Below are positions 32,419 to 44,156 of a stretch of DNA of 64,000 nt, one piece after another. Positions within the stretch are counted from its first letter, which is position 1. Each line of letters begins with the position of its first letter. Under the pieces are notes generated by a model that made no database searches, was not told the DNA's origin, and saw nothing but the letters and a program-made list of their open reading frames with translations. Made by a program: the position numbers and the translations under genes. The stretch is taken from the NCBI GenBank assembly GCA_963823655.1, contig CAWGMK010000007.1:192001-256000 (forward strand), read 5' to 3'. The stretch is from an uncultured Bacillota bacterium (GTDB taxonomy: Bacteria > Bacillota > DTU025 > MWDF01).

Positions 32419-33311
32419 ATGAAAATCAGCAGATTTTCCGTTGTACTTCCCCTGTTAGTCGTAGTTCTTTGCCTGTTTACAACGCCATGGGATTATTTTT
32501 AGCGGATAATGGCCAGCCCTTTGAAACATTGAATGTCTACGGCGACTCCGTCACCCTCTACGGCAGCGGCATATATGCATATGATTTAATAATGAGAGCC
32601 CCCATATTTAGAGGAACGGATGCGGTAATGCTGTTTCTCGCCGTGCCCGCGCTCTTAATGGTCCTTTGGCTCCGGGCTAGAAGATGGAGCCTGAGGCTTC
32701 AGCTTATGCTTGTCTCGATGCTCTTCGTTTTTGTCTATTACTCAATGAACCTTGTTTTCGGGGTTATGAATAATGGGATGTTCCTGGCATACATAGCGCT
32801 GTTTTCGGCCGGACTTTTCGCGTTGGCCGAAGCGTTACGGGGGCTGACCGGTTCCGGTCTAGTTGACAGGATAATCGGACCGCTGCCCAACCGCGGCTTC
32901 AACGTCTTCCTTGTGCTAACAGGCGCGGCACTAACACTAGCATGGATTCCGGATATAATCACAGCCATGCTTTCAAATGGACCGCTTTCCTTGATCGAGG
33001 TTTACTCAACAGAGGTAACCTATGTTATCGACATCGCGATAATAGGACCTATGGCAATTGCAGGTATTTTCTTGATCAAATCGAGGCAGGACATCGGCTA
33101 TGTGATCCTTTCAATGTTGCTGACGCTATGCGCATTTATTGGAATCATGTTGCCGGTGCAGACGGTATTCCAAGCAAATGCAGGGATTTCCTTGCCCGTG
33201 CAAGTGATGGTTACCAAGGTAGCAAGTTTCTGCCTGCTCGCAATATTTGCTACATACCTCGAAATTAGGCTTCTTAAAGCGATACAGGACCCGAAAAAGA
33301 GGGTCCTGTAA
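32419..33311 (+). CDS. Polytopic membrane protein, frameshift near 32470
   Basis: ATG 32419 after GAGGT; multiple TM helices; YGSGIYAYD and YVIDIAII motifs. Confidence 0.7.
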
Positions 33312-33392
33312 CAAGTCGGAAGCCAAATTTTGCAGATGAAGTGTTAATAGTCAAAAAGGCAATACAAACGGGCGGCGAAATCCCCTGATGGA

Positions 33393-34229
33393 CTATTCTT
33401 TTCTATCAGGGATTCTGGATTCGCACGGCACGCCGACCTGGCACTTCCCGCACCCATATCTTGGGCTGAATTTTTCTCTCACGGTCTCTACGAATGCGTA
33501 GCATTTGACGTGGTCTTTGCCGCCTTCCAGGGTTATCGCCTGGGCCGGGCAGTTCTTAGCGCAGGAGCCGCACATCGTGCAATACTCGTAAGGCTCGCTG
33601 TAAGGCCTCTCACTAAAAGGCAGGACAATGTCCGAAACCAGGCTGCCGAACCTTCCCGCCATTCCTTTGCTAGTTATCATGCCCTTGGAAAGGCTGAAGG
33701 TGCCCAAGCCGCAAACGTAGGCTACGTGCCGTTCCGACCAGTTGCTGGTGAAAGAAAGCTCCTCCGGGAATGGAGTTTCGAAGGCGCTCGTCTTCGACCA
33801 GAACCGCGGATCCGCAACTGGTACTACGCATTTGCGGCCCTCTCTTAGCAGCTCCGATTTCAAATGGGCGCACAGCTTAAGCAGCAGAGCCTGCCCTTCT
33901 ATGCGGGCATGGAGCCATTCGGCGGACGGCATCAGCATATCCCTTTTATTGCCCTCTCTGACTGCTTGGCTGAAGGGAAGGAAGAACGATATAACGGTCT
34001 TGGCCTCCGGCAGCCACCATTTTGGCTCCTTGAAGTGGCTTCCTATAATGGAAGGCTGCTTCAGCTGCTCGAAAAGGCAATCTTCGGCATCGCCGAACGC
34101 GAATATAGGGTCTTCGAAGATCTTGACGCCCACCGCCTCGTCGGTGATAGCAATCTTCTCGGATATGTAGTTGCCCTCCTCGTCTCTGAGAAACTTTGAG
34201 GCGATAGCGGCGAAATCGGCTCTATCCAT
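33393..34229 (-). CDS. Epoxyqueuosine-reductase-like 4Fe-4S protein
   Basis: WSERHVAYVCGLGTF, GRFGS, CTMCGSCAKNCP and CGKCQVGVPC. Confidence 0.8.
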   Translation of the reverse strand: MDRADFAAIASKFLRDEEGNYISEKIAITDEAVGVKIFEDPIFAFGDAEDCLFEQLKQPSIIGSHFKEPKWWLPEAKTVISFFLPFSQAVREGNKRDMLMPSAEWLHARIEGQALLLKLCAHLKSELLREGRKCVVPVADPRFWSKTSAFETPFPEELSFTSNWSERHVAYVCGLGTFSLSKGMITSKGMAGRFGSLVSDIVLPFSERPYSEPYEYCTMCGSCAKNCPAQAITLEGGKDHVKCYAFVETVREKFSPRYGCGKCQVGVPCESRIPDRKE

Positions 34230-34489
34230 GCTGTGGGCCCCCGATCATCATGTCATAAAAGGTGAATCGCTTCAGATACATATAGGCGGATCGCCTATAT
34301 AGCTGTCTTATAGTATTCCGCTCATCAAAATCCAGAACCTTCGAAACGGAGTGCTCCTATTACTAGGATAAAGGCCAATCCCGCACAGCGCCACTATATG
34401 TTGGGTTCGGCATCGACGAGAAATATTGGTTATGAAAAGGCTTCCCCTTTCGAGGAAGCCTTTTTGCGCTATGACTGTGGGATTATTCG

Positions 34490-35830
34490 CTACTTGCCGC
34501 CCAGAGGCGCGGTTACGCCATCGACTCCGGCTACGGCGCAAATGGTCATGAAGCCCACTTGAAGGGCCTTCCATGCATCTTTGGGATTCCAGGTTTCGGC
34601 TGGAGCATGGTTTGCTGTGCTGCTTCCGCCGGCGCCAATGCATATCGAAGGATAGCCCTTGTAGACGGACCAGTTGATGTTGGTGCTGGACGCGCTGCTA
34701 AGAGACGGCTTGTATCCGAACACCAGATTGCTCTGCCAGTGCGCCTGTATCAACTTGATGTTCTCGCTCTGCTCGCCAGCAGGCCTGTCGCCGACCGGCG
34801 TTATTTTGACAGTAATCATGTTCTTGCCGTTCCAGTAACCCCAATGGTTGTTCTCCTCATCGGCGCCCAACTGCCACAGCGGCATGATGGTCTTTTCTAT
34901 GGTAAGGAGATTGGCCATCAGGTTCGACCTCATGTCGAGCTGGAGCCTGCAATCGGCTGCGATGGAGTTAACAGAAGTGCCGCCTTCTGCCATTCCCACA
35001 GTGTAAGTGGTCTTCGCGCCGGCGGGGACGGCTACGTCCGCGACCTTGGCGATGGCCCTTCCTGCTGCGTGGATTGCGCTAGGCAGGCCGAACGCGCCGA
35101 AGCTGTGGCCGCCGGGCCCGATGAAGTCTATGAAGTATCTGTGGCTGCCGGTGCAAAGATAAGTAATCCTCTCAGGTCCGCCGCCTTCGAAGTCGATTAC
35201 TGCGATTACGCTCTTGCCTATCGGGTGGTTCTCATTAAGGAAAGCCTTCATACCTCTCAGGTCTCCTAGGCCCTCCTCGCCGACTGTCCCGACGAATACT
35301 ATGTCATATACCGGCTTTATGCCGTTCTTAACGAAAGCCCTGATTATCGAAAGAACGCCGCCAAGCGCCGATGTATCGTCACCGATACCCGGGGCATGGA
35401 TGGTCCCATCCGGATCTTCAGTAAAGCCCTTGACGGTACCGGCTTCGAACACGGTGTCAAGATGGGCATCTACGAATACGACGGGGCCCTTTATCGTGCC
35501 GGGCAATATGCCCCAGCAGTTCCAGGACTTCTCGTCGATCGTAACGTCCGAAAGGCCTTCTTGCTTGAGAAGCGCCGCGTATGCCTTGGAGCGGACCTCC
35601 TCTTGGAATGGCGGGGCTTCGATTACTACTAGGTCTTTTACGAACTTGATTCTCTGCTGATGGTCAGCTTCGAGGAACTTGACAGCTGCTGTCACCTTGG
35701 GATCTTTTGCCAGTTTGTCATAAACCGCCTTCACTTCAGGCGATACGACCGGATCGGCCGCGAATACTGCAGGCGCGCATAATGCCAGCAATACGACCGA
35801 TGCCACTAGAAGATACAATAATCTCTTCAT
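34490..35830 (-). CDS. Secreted M20/M25/M40 metallohydrolase
   Basis: Signal peptide; AHLDTV, GIGDD, GEEGLG, GGHS and GGTSVNSI. Confidence 0.9.
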   Translation of the reverse strand: MKRLLYLLVASVVLLALCAPAVFAADPVVSPEVKAVYDKLAKDPKVTAAVKFLEADHQQRIKFVKDLVVIEAPPFQEEVRSKAYAALLKQEGLSDVTIDEKSWNCWGILPGTIKGPVVFVDAHLDTVFEAGTVKGFTEDPDGTIHAPGIGDDTSALGGVLSIIRAFVKNGIKPVYDIVFVGTVGEEGLGDLRGMKAFLNENHPIGKSVIAVIDFEGGGPERITYLCTGSHRYFIDFIGPGGHSFGAFGLPSAIHAAGRAIAKVADVAVPAGAKTTYTVGMAEGGTSVNSIAADCRLQLDMRSNLMANLLTIEKTIMPLWQLGADEENNHWGYWNGKNMITVKITPVGDRPAGEQSENIKLIQAHWQSNLVFGYKPSLSSASSTNINWSVYKGYPSICIGAGGSSTANHAPAETWNPKDAWKALQVGFMTICAVAGVDGVTAPLGGK

Positions 35831-36036
35831 TGGCTTCCTCCCTTTCCTCAACTTTGCAGCCTTCGTGGCCGCCTATATATAGAATTACTTAAATCAATAT
35901 CGAATCCTGCACTTAAAAGTGCCTAAAGAGAAATATTCATTGGTTTTTCTTTCATTCGGAATTGCAGGCAGTTTGATTGTATTTTGTATACATGCTTGCA
36001 TATAGGCAATGTAAGTGGGGGAGGAGTATCTGAATG

Positions 36037-36068
36037 AAAGAGCCCGGACCAATCGGCCCGGGCTCTTT
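36037..36068 (-). terminator. Terminator after the C69 peptidase
   Basis: AAAGAGCCCGG...CCGGGCTCTTT hairpin. Confidence 0.8.
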
Positions 36069-36091
36069 AGTTAGTTAGCAGAAAAGTCAGT

Positions 36092-37920
36092 TTAGTATGA
36101 CTTGACTACCCTTACTGTATCCTGTGTGGCGATCGTGGGTCCGCCTGCATATTTGGCGCTGAACCATATGTTCATCAGGCAGGGGGTGAGCGATCTGATA
36201 TCCTTCGTGAGGACGGTGATCGTAAGGTCGGCAATGCCGTCCCCGTTTACATCGCCCACTACTGACTCGCGGGCCCTCGCCCATGAGGAAGGATTGCTGT
36301 AATCGGCGCCGAGTGCCGCGGTCTGCGTGTCAACCTTGGTTACATCCAGAGTCGAAGATCCGAACAGCACCGCTTTTACCGGCTCTTCGGTCTTCGTCAA
36401 GGTCTATGGTCTCGTTTACTATGTCGACGCTTGCGCGAAGCAGCGTGTTATAAAGCTGCCTTGCACCGATCATGGCCCTCAAGGATGCGTCCCTTGTGTA
36501 CGATGTGAGCATCGCAGCAGCCTTAGCCTTGTCAATCTTGCTCATCGCCATGGCCTGTGTTTCAAATGCCTTCTGGTTGGCGAACCACTCGTTCTGAAGG
36601 TTCGTCTTCCATTCTTTGACCAGCTTGGCATCGGTGGCGTAGTTGAAATTGACGAGTGTCTGCAAATCTATGAACGCCCACCACGCCCTCGAAGGATCGT
36701 AGCTGTAGTCGATCCGAAGCGGCGGAGAAGTGCGTAGCCTTTCCGAGCTCGGGATCTATGAAGGCATACTCCTCGATTATCGAGGTGATCCCTCCGTACC
36801 AAGGGGTGTATGGGCTTGTGCAGGGATGTCCGCTGGATCTCCACATTACCGTGAAGTCCGGATCCTGCCTGAACTGGATTGCATAGCTCTCCTGGGTGCT
36901 GGATGCACAGAGCACCCTCATTGTCGTAAAGTGCAGATAGCCGTCCTTGTAGCCGTTGGTAAGATCATCAGCTGTACCCTCGTAATGATAGCTGAGGGCA
37001 TTCATGATGTCCTGGAGGCCGACTTTGCGAAGAGGCTTAACCGAGAAGGGCAGGTCTGAACCTGCAGGTATGTCCAAGCCGTGCAATATCTTGTGCGCAT
37101 ATCTGTGCCTGAAGGTGTTGCTTGCGGCATTGAAGCTTGATTCCTTCTGATAGGTCTTTGCGAAGTCGAAGTCGCTGTAATCGCCCTCTTTGGCCGGCTT
37201 GTACCAGCCCTTGGCGATCGCATAAGTTACGAGGCCCTTGGAATAAATGAAATTGGCCTTGTCGTTGAAGTCGATCTTCCTTGTGATGTAGTGGTTCGGG
37301 ATTACCATGACCTCATCGTCAGGTACCCTCTGGGCTACGAAGTTCTTGCCCATTGCGACCTGGCAGACCCAGCCCTCGTTCTTGTCGACGATCTGATAGG
37401 AACGGCCTGACGCGAAGTAACCGAAGGTCTCAACTAGCCAACCGGCCAGCTCAACGCCCTCGCGGGCGGTCCTGGCGCGCTCGCCTACGATCTTCCTGAT
37501 TGCATAGCCCATGCCATTGTCGGTGAGCTCGGCAATCGCCGTCTCGACCTTGGAAGATGCGCAGCTGTCGCTAGCCACGGCCACGCCGTACTCGTTGTAC
37601 ATGAAGTCGCTGAAGGAAGCGCCCGGAAGCGCGGCCCTTGTCTCGCTCCAGAAGTAGCTGGCCGTCTCGGCGGCCTGCGGGATCCTTGCAGTGTTGTTTT
37701 CCAGCTGCAGCATCTCGCCCAGGGAATTGACCTTGTGATCCACCAGATAGATGGGCATTACGAGCCTGCCGCCGTTGTCCTCGTTGTGGCCAAGCAGGAC
37801 CTCGCCGGTCGTAGAAGCTTTCTTACCGACGATGATGCTGGTGCAAGCTGATGCGCCCAGAGTCAGGGCAAGAACCAGGATGAAAGACACAAGAATCGCC
37901 AGAATGCTCTTGGACTTCAT
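36092..37920 (-). CDS. Secreted C69 dipeptidase with a C-terminal accessory domain, two frameshifts (near 36720 and 36400)
   Basis: Signal peptide then the Ntn nucleophile CTSIIVGKKAS..GHNED; NEYGVAV and ERARTAREGV; continues in ORFs 36330-36665 and 36092-36400. Confidence 0.85.
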
Positions 37921-38072
37921 GTTCCCTACCTCCTTATATTTTCGGATCATTTCTTAACCAGGTTTTCCCTTCGCGTGGCCTCCGCTTCGAGGTCGGATAT
38001 GAACCAGAATTTCAGGGGTTTCGCCCCGGGATAGGTTAGATTGGCGACCCACCAATCATAGAAATTGCAGGC

Positions 38073-38447
38073 TCACAGGTCGCCGGGGATTATCGGCGGC
38101 TGATAGATCTCTAGCGAGGCTCTTGCCTCACCTGCCTGGAACGTGTAGATGTCCACGATCTTCCCCTTGGTCTGGAAGAGCTTCACGAACTCGTAGTCGA
38201 GGAATATGATCTGTTCCTTGTAGGACCAGAGGACCAATCCCATGACCAGCTGGCTGAAGCTCTCCTTGTACTCCTTGTCGGGAAGCGTAGAGAGCCATTT
38301 CGTCGCGATTTCCTTCTCCGGGGTGCTTAGTTTCTTGTATTCTGCCAGGGATGTTTCTGTTAGCTTCCAGTCTGAAGCCTGCGAATAACCTTCAAAGGAG
38401 AGGATAAGTGCAAGGATGAGCGCTAAAAGCAAGGACAACCTCTTCAT
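38073..38447 (-). CDS. Hypothetical secreted protein
   Basis: Signal peptide MKRLSLLLALILALIL; RBS upstream. Confidence 0.65.
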   Translation of the reverse strand: MKRLSLLLALILALILSFEGYSQASDWKLTETSLAEYKKLSTPEKEIATKWLSTLPDKEYKESFSQLVMGLVLWSYKEQIIFLDYEFVKLFQTKGKIVDIYTFQAGEARASLEIYQPPIIPGDL

Positions 38448-38892
38448 GCTGTACCATTTCACCTCCCCTCAGTCGGCTTTGCACCATTAGTTATTCAATA
38501 GGGCCGGCGGTTATCCTGTATGTTCACATTGCTCATTTTTCAGCACAATGAATATGGGTATAACTGAATTTACAGTGATATACCAAAAGGGGGAAAAGTG
38601 GGGAAACCTGCGAGATTGCCATAAAGCTCGGAAAATCTGAGGGCAGACGCCGGCTTTCAATAGGGCTTTATAAACCATGCAAGCAAGGAATTCAGAAAAC
38701 AGAAGGCAAAATACGATTTGAGGGCACGTATGGCAGATTGACATTCTTTGTTGCAGCTACTACATTTGCATTAAGCGAAATATCCGCCTGACTAGGTAAT
38801 TCTTGAATCTGGCATGCCCTCTCGAAATTCCAAATATCCCAAATCAATTTCGAACAGCAGAGATGTTCCAATCCTGTTAAGGAGGGAAAGAT

Positions 38893-40381
38893 ATGAAATC
38901 GAGATTTCTGGTCTGCATTTTAGCGCTTCGCCTTAGTTATGGGCCTCGCTTCCTTCGCATCCGCGATCGAACCTGCTTCGATAAGCGGGCCTGCCCACTT
39001 CGGGGTGAAACACTACCAAAACGATTATTTCGTTTTCACAATTAGCATACCCGACGACCTGCGCGCGATCGCAGAAAGCTCCGCTTCAAAAATCCCCCTG
39101 AAGATCCAGATAGACTACAAGATGGGGAATGGGGAGTGGCACCATACAAGCGAATGGGATACGGCCCAGTTCGGCATGTCAAACGCAATGGGTGTCAACT
39201 ACATCAAGGACGAGACTTACATCTCTCAGGACAGGGCAAGCCTTTCAAATATGTTTAAGGCCGATGCCACTGCTCTTCAAGGGGTGAAGAATTCGGGTTG
39301 GGATTTCCCGGCGGAAAGGCTTTCATTCAGGGTGCGGTTTGTAGCAACGCTGGATGGGTATAAAACTTACACATATTCTGACTGGTCCGAGACTTTTATA
39401 TACGCAAAAGACGTGGTTTCGAACCCTGATGAGCTGATAAAATACGCGCCAACCTTGACCACGGCCACGGTAGAGAAGAACACCGCCGGGATGCCCTTCC
39501 TCAGGGTAATGACCGACAGGATACCCGGGCCGGTGCAGGATCTAAACGCCATGACGGGGACCGGTGTGAACATGGAGGTATGGATGAGAAGGGCGGGCGA
39601 GAAGGACTTCAAGCTGATCCACTCATCATACCTTTATGAGTTCATCCTTATCGGCGTAGATGACTACTTCGACAAAACCAAGCAGAACTACGAAGAGGAA
39701 GGCTATGAGATAAAGATCCGCTATGTTCTGAACGATCTGAGGAAATACCCTCAGGCCGGCCGCTCTGACATAATATACAGCCCGTTCTCGAACATATATT
39801 CACAGAACATGCCGGCATGGAGCGGGGCTTCGAAGTGGGCGACCACAGAGCTGACTGAAGCTGATCAGCTTGGGCTCATCCCTGAAATCCTGAAGGGCGC
39901 GGACATGACGAAGCCCATCACAAGGGAGGAGTTCGCAGAGCTTGCCGTGCTGCTTTACGAGAAGACTACAGGCCTGGCAAGCACCCCTATGGAGCCCAAC
40001 CCATTCATCGATACGGTGAATCCGCAGGTGCTTAAAGCTGCCAACCTCGGGATAACCAAGGGCACCTCACCTACGGAATTCTCGCCCGATGTGCTCATTA
40101 ACCGCGAGCAATGCGCCACTATGCTGTTCAGGGCGCTCAAGGCTATGAAGCCCGAGGGCGATTACAGCATAGAAGGGGTCAAGGACTTCGCCGACCAGCT
40201 TGATATATCGGGCTTCGCAGTCGAAGCCACTAAGTACATGTCCAAGATAGGCATAATACTGGGAGATGTGCAGGGCAGATTTATGCCTAAGGCAACGACA
40301 ACGGCCCAGAAGGCATCGGGTTATGGAATGGCGACAAGGGAACAGGCGATAGCGATGTCGCTGAGATCCTACAAGAAGTAG
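38893..40381 (+). CDS. S-layer homology domain protein, frameshift in the signal peptide near 38925
   Basis: C-terminal SLH repeats (ITREEFA, GITKG..FSPD..INREQ, ATREQAI); ATG 38893 after GGAGGG. Confidence 0.85.
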
Positions 40382-40447
40382 CCTATAAGGAATAAAATCA
40401 AGGTCCTCCTGTTAGCGGTCATCGCTTGCAGGGGGACCTTTACCTTG

Positions 40448-41518
40448 CTAATCGAGCCTGAGCTTCATTATCCCGTCCGGGCCGCAAAGGTAGGTGAAGC
40501 CTCCCTTGAAGATCAAGCGAGCCTCTTTCAAACCCCCGGCTATTGCGTAGAAAGCGGCGATCTTCAAATCGCTGTCCAGCGCAAGGATGCCATTGTGAAC
40601 CGGGACCAAATAGCGCGAACCATCGAATACGGGCCTGCCTACGACTTTGACTGGCGAGGTGATGCTCCTTATTACCTTTCCGTCCTCCGTATCCAATGAA
40701 GTAATCAGGCTGCCTTCATCTTCAATTAACAATGCCATACCCGCAGGGCCGGGACATACGTATTCGGGATGATTGCCTTTAATACCCCATTCGTAGACGT
40801 ATTTATCTCTTGTGTTCCAGAGAACGGTGCCGTAGAAATCGGCGACTACAAGGATTTTGTCTTCGCTTATCGGCTCGATGAGCCTGATATCGAAAGGCTC
40901 TACCGCCTTGAATTGGCCAACCGGATCCCCGTTTCTGATGTCGAACATATTGAAGATGTCTATCCCGTCGCCTACGTCCGGCCGGAAATAGAATCTTTCA
41001 AAGACCACTATGCATTTATGATTTCCGAGGTTTACAAGGGACCAGGCCGGCCCCGTGAATGTGACGAATCAGCAATCTTCAGGAGCCTGATATTCCCAAG
41101 ACAGGTCCCCTTCCTCGTCAAGTGCGAAAAGTCCGTGCTCCCAGCCGACATAGGCGTTGCCTTCAATGACGGCAAGCGCCGTAATGTCCCCGAACGACTC
41201 GAACTCCCAAATAGCCTCGCCGTCTTTGCCCAGCTTGACCAGCTTTTCTCCCGACGCCGCAAAAAGCGCTCCGTCCGAATCGGCAGCAAGATACTTCACT
41301 TCATCCTGCGCCGCCATTCCCATCTAATGCTTCCGTCATCGTTGAGCACGACGACGCGATTCCCAGCAGCAAGGGCAGGGTTTCCTCCCGGAAGCACAAG
41401 GAAAGGCCCGACGTCCTCAAAAGGGGCGGACCACTGAACATAACCGCTGCATGCGGCATAACCCGAGAAACATAAGAGCATGATAAGTTAGAAAGACAAA
41501 TAACCATCGTCTGTCCAT
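40448..41518 (-). CDS. Secreted PQQ-like beta-propeller protein, multiple frameshifts
   Basis: Repeated DG.I.WE motifs across ORFs 41296-41481, 41069-41323 and 40448-41008. Confidence 0.6.
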
Positions 41519-41690
41519 GTTGTCCTCCAAGCACGTAAAGCCTCTTGAATATATAATAGTTCATGAATATAAACAAATGCCAACCGACCGGACCCATGCC
41601 CCTCAGAGTCCTAAAAAGGCCGCCATGAGGCCGATATCGGGCATATGGTGTAAAATTATCATATCCGTCAGAGCTTCAAGAATCGGAGGG

Positions 41691-42713
41691 ATGCCTTTGC
41701 CAGAAATCAAGGACAGTTCCGACAAGAAAAGGATCGCGGCAGCCTTGGAATTTCCGGGCTTTATGCGCTTCAAAGCTCTTCATGAGGGGCTTGCAGACTG
41801 CAGCATTTACGCAAGCTCTGCAAAAGATCCCATCTACGCTGCGCGTTTCAACTACAAGCTCTTTATTCAGCCGCCGTCCGGCAGGCGGGATGCGAGAACT
41901 GCAAAAGACGCGGTGGACTTCATCGAATATGAGATCAGGTCCAAGCGAGGGACGGACTTCGACATCATGAGCATTTTCTGCCCCGATATAGCTTTCCTGA
42001 GGCTCATGAAGGACGCATTAGGCCAGCAACAGCCAGCTTTCGAGTGGCGCGACCGCTACTCATTGAAGTCGGAGGAGCCTTATACCGACGCCCCCGTACC
42101 GATCGGCTATGAGCTGAGGGAAGTAAGCCAAGGGCTATTGGACGAAGGGCTGGGCAATACTGAGGAACTGAAGCAGGAGATGTGCTCCGAAAGGCCCTCT
42201 GTAGACGATTTCCTGGCCAAAGGTTTCGGGATATGCGCTGTCAAAGGGCGCGAGCTTGCCGGCTGGTGCCTGTCCGAATACAACTGCTCGGCAGGTTGCG
42301 AGATAGGAATCGAAGTTCGCAACGAGCACAGGCATAAGGGCCTGGCTCTGGCCATGACATCTGCATTGATAAAGCTTGCACGCTCAAGAGGGTATGCGAA
42401 AATCGGCTGGGACTGCCACAGGCAGAACGCAGCGTCCTGGCATACCGCGATAAAAGCAGGCCTTTCAATAAGAGCGACATATCCCACTATATTCATCTGC
42501 AAGGACAAGGCGATGCAATACGGCGCCAACGGCAACATCGCCCTAAGAGACGGAGACGGGGATGCCGCCCTCGAGTGGTTCAGGAAGTCGGCCGCGACTG
42601 GCAAAGCCCCGTTCTGGGTATTCATAAATATGGCCCAGATACAGGCGCTTACCGGTGATATAAGGCTGGTCATGGAGGCATATGAAGGCTTGAAGACCGC
42701 CAGGATGGAATAA
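41691..42713 (+). CDS. GNAT acetyltransferase with TPR-like C-terminal tail
   Basis: EIGIEV..HRHKGLA..WDC..NAAS..A.KAG; start MPLPE after GGAGGG. Confidence 0.8.
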   Translation: MPLPEIKDSSDKKRIAAALEFPGFMRFKALHEGLADCSIYASSAKDPIYAARFNYKLFIQPPSGRRDARTAKDAVDFIEYEIRSKRGTDFDIMSIFCPDIAFLRLMKDALGQQQPAFEWRDRYSLKSEEPYTDAPVPIGYELREVSQGLLDEGLGNTEELKQEMCSERPSVDDFLAKGFGICAVKGRELAGWCLSEYNCSAGCEIGIEVRNEHRHKGLALAMTSALIKLARSRGYAKIGWDCHRQNAASWHTAIKAGLSIRATYPTIFICKDKAMQYGANGNIALRDGDGDAALEWFRKSAATGKAPFWVFINMAQIQALTGDIRLVMEAYEGLKTARME

Positions 42714-42832
42714 TCCGGCGTCTCAGCTTTCGTATATCAGTTTTCGTAGCCTTGAAGGACGATTGGCTCTTCCGGTAGAACATAACATCAATTGCCCACC
42801 ATTCCCACCCGAAAGGACGGAGCAGTTAAAGC

Positions 42833-44033
42833 ATGCGTTCAGAAATTGTATACATAATCGGAGGAAGGCTGGTCCTTCCGGACAGGATAGTGCCGGACGG
42901 CGGCCTAAGCATAAGATCCGGGATAATCGACGGCGTATTCATGCAGCCGAAATCTTCGCGCAGCATCCCCAAGACGGCAACTGTGATTGAAGCCGGCGGG
43001 GCATTCATATCGCCCGGCTTCGTGGACTTGCACGTACACGGGGGCGGGGGCTCAGACCTTATGGACGGCAGGGCCAAGGCCGTCGAAACAATGCGTACGG
43101 CCCATGCCGCTGGCGGCACCACGGCCATGCTCCCTACCACGCTCACCAGCTCGGATGAGGATCTAACAGCTGCCTTGTATGCCTTCAGGGCAGCTAAAGC
43201 CAGCAACCTTCCGGGACCAAGGTTGCTTGGAGTGCACCTGGAAGGCCCGTACCTGTCATTGGCGCAGGCCGGCGCGCAGGACCCGAGATTCCTTATGAGA
43301 CCGAGGCCTTATCATTACATGAGGATACTGGAGGCCTTCCCCGAGATTAAAAGAGTCACCGTCGCCCCCGAGCTGCAAGGCGCGATTGAGCTTGCCAAAG
43401 AGCTAACAAGAAGGGGCATATACGCCGCGATTGGCCACACCGACGCCACATACGACGAGATAAAGGATGCAATGGCTGCGGGATACACCCACATGACGCA
43501 CCTTTACTCTGCCATGTCCACGGTCAAAAGGGTGAGGGCGAGGAGGATCGCCGGCGCCGTTGAGGCGGCCCTGCTTTTAGACGGGCTAACCGCTGAAGTA
43601 ATAGCGGACGGCATGCACCTTCCCGAAGCCCTCCTGAAACTGGCCCTAAAATGCAAGGGGGCCGACAAGCTGGCCCTTGTGACGGACGCCATGAGGGCTG
43701 CCGGAATGCCCGACGGGGAATACCCCCTTGGCAGCTCTGCCGGGGGCGTGAGCATGGTAGTGGATGAGGGCGTGGCATGGCTTAAGGACAGGAGCGCTTT
43801 TGCGGGTAGCGTATCCCTTATGAACAAGATGGTCGGCAACATGGTGAAAATCGCGGGGGCAAGCTGTGCCTGAGGCTGTGAGGATGGCATCCCTGACTCC
43901 ATCTCGCATGATCGGCATGGAAGCTCAGCTGGGAAGCATCGAGAAGGGCAAGATGGCGGACATCGTCCTTTTCGATGACGATTTTAAAGTCTTAAAGACG
44001 ATAGTCGGGGGCAAGCCCGTTTATTCCCTCTAG
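42833..44033 (+). CDS. nagA: N-acetylglucosamine-6-phosphate deacetylase, frameshift near 43865
   Basis: PGFVDLHVHG, HLEGP, GHTDA, THLYSAM, IADGMH and VTDA; C-terminus EAVRMASLTP...GKMADIV ends at TAG 44033. Confidence 0.88.
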
Positions 44034-44156
44034 AGAAAAGAAAGCCATGCTAATCGTGCCTTAATGATGTTTTGCGAAGCTTGGCGCCTTGAGGGCATGT
44101 GAGTCGGCAAGATCCGATATCGAAGTATGTAAAGATGCTTACAGGAGGCGAAGTGC

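Noticed and set aside
33393-34229. Reductive dehalogenase
   Set aside because: Short, with no Tat signal or rdhB anchor gene; fits the common QueG-like Fe-S family
43860-43880. Selenocysteine or stop read-through at the nagA TGA
   Set aside because: The conserved C-terminus continues in a different frame, so this is an indel
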